From NCBI RefSeq assembly GCF_900167395.1, contig NZ_FUWK01000019.1:14797-46796 (forward strand): DNA of 32,000 nucleotides, read 5' to 3'. Both the position numbers and the translations under genes were made by a program. This DNA is from Nitrosomonas europaea. Lineage in GTDB: Bacteria > Pseudomonadota > Gammaproteobacteria > Burkholderiales > Nitrosomonadaceae. The notes beneath the pieces are model-generated. The model was not told where the DNA came from. It searched no databases and saw only the letters and a list, made by a program, of their open reading frames with translations. This document shows, one piece after another, positions 31,405 to 32,000 of the stretch (its first letter is position 1; each line of letters opens with the position of its first letter).

Positions 31405-31683
31405 GTGAATATCGTACCTGCACCGGTTGATTCACGTGCTGTATTGTCTGGATACGTGCGTGCCCGGGTCGTTACACCGGAATTGCTGCTTTCACTGGCT
31501 GCTGTGGCCGGCAGCATCGGTCAGCAGGTCAGGGAACATGGTTCATTCGCCTGCCTGCCAGCGACTGTGATGGCCAACGTGTGTAACGGTATGTATCTTG
31601 CCTCGGAGACGATCCGTCATATCGAGAAAGAACCTTCACTGCATTTCGATGCGGACACTCGGGAAAATCTTAGGGCCTGTTAA
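31405..31683 (+). CDS. hypothetical ORF (92 aa) whose 3' end runs into the IS element; possibly a remnant of a disrupted gene
   Basis: This rests only on an ORF with a GTG start. No motif was recognised. The last ~14 nt overlap the transposase stop region. Confidence 0.2.
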   Translation: MNIVPAPVDSRAVLSGYVRARVVTPELLLSLAAVAGSIGQQVREHGSFACLPATVMANVCNGMYLASETIRHIEKEPSLHFDADTRENLRAC

Positions 31684-32000
31684 CACTAATTAGGTGATCT
31701 ACGATCAGAGCGAAATGGATGAAGAATCGGAAAACTGAATCCAACTTGTCAAAGCGAGAGAAGATTCTTCTGAAACCCTTCAGGCGACGAAACAGCCGTT
31801 CCACCTCATTACGCTTTTTGTACATTTCAACATCGTACTCCCAGGGCGACACACGATTTGCTTTTGGTGGCACCACTGGAATCATCCCCAGATCAAGTAC
31901 CAACTGTCGGGTTTCATCCCCTTCGTACGCTTTATCCATGATCACGTGAGTGTCAGAGAATCCCTTATTCTCCAGGGTTTTCAGCAACTTTCGTCCTTCT
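31655..32000 (-). mobile_element. IS5-family insertion sequence, partial (the inner boundary is approximate)
   Basis: The transposase stop is at 31670, and in this IS family the terminal inverted repeat usually abuts or overlaps the stop. The other end is outside the window, so the IR cannot be confirmed. Confidence 0.55.
31670..32000 (-). CDS. IS5-family (IS427/IS1031-like) DDE transposase, C-terminal part (5' end outside the window)
   Basis: The frame is open to the window end. MDKAYEGDETRQLV...VPPKANR...YKKRNEVERLFRRLKGFRRIFSRFDK contains the IS5-family Y-x2-R-x3-E-x6-K signature around the catalytic Glu. Confidence 0.85.
   Translation of the reverse strand, partial: EGRKLLKTLENKGFSDTHVIMDKAYEGDETRQLVLDLGMIPVVPPKANRVSPWEYDVEMYKKRNEVERLFRRLKGFRRIFSRFDKLDSVFRFFIHFALIVDHLISVNRP

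Overview
All calls were made by eye from the sequence and the ORF translations. No homology search was run. The window reads as a roughly 50% GC betaproteobacterial chromosome segment. Gene content and codon style look Nitrosomonas-like, but that is only a guess. Most of it is conserved housekeeping: the carB 3' end, greA, an L,D-transpeptidase, pgeF, a ZIP metal transporter, and on the minus strand the classic yceD-rpmF-plsX-fabH-fabD-fabG-acpP-fabF-mltG block with a divergent maf/yceF. A czcCBA-type heavy-metal RND efflux operon and mgtE are also present.

Four regions are not ordinary:
- 26.7-29.5 kb: a tightly translationally coupled four-gene cassette. It encodes a Tat-signal small protein, a PqqD-like peptide chaperone (RRE), an HPr-kinase-like P-loop kinase and an NTP_transf_5-type nucleotidyltransferase. 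It carries RiPP-tailoring enzymes without any RiPP core machinery. It sits between czcA and mgtE, about 2 kb from an IS5-family element. This is my top candidate for an uncharacterised system.
- 2.5-6.9 kb: a gene set of acyl-AMP ligase, SDR reductase, dedicated ACP and serine-palmitoyltransferase-like enzyme, predicting bacterial sphingoid base or ceramide synthesis.
- 8.7-11.4 kb: an 892-aa single-polypeptide fusion of a GT2 polyprenyl-phosphate sugar synthase, a GtrA-like domain and a GT-C (ArnT/PMT-like) transferase.
- 19.6-20.0 kb: a small secreted His-rich protein with an upstream dyad, in front of czcC.

No tRNA, rRNA or CRISPR array was seen.
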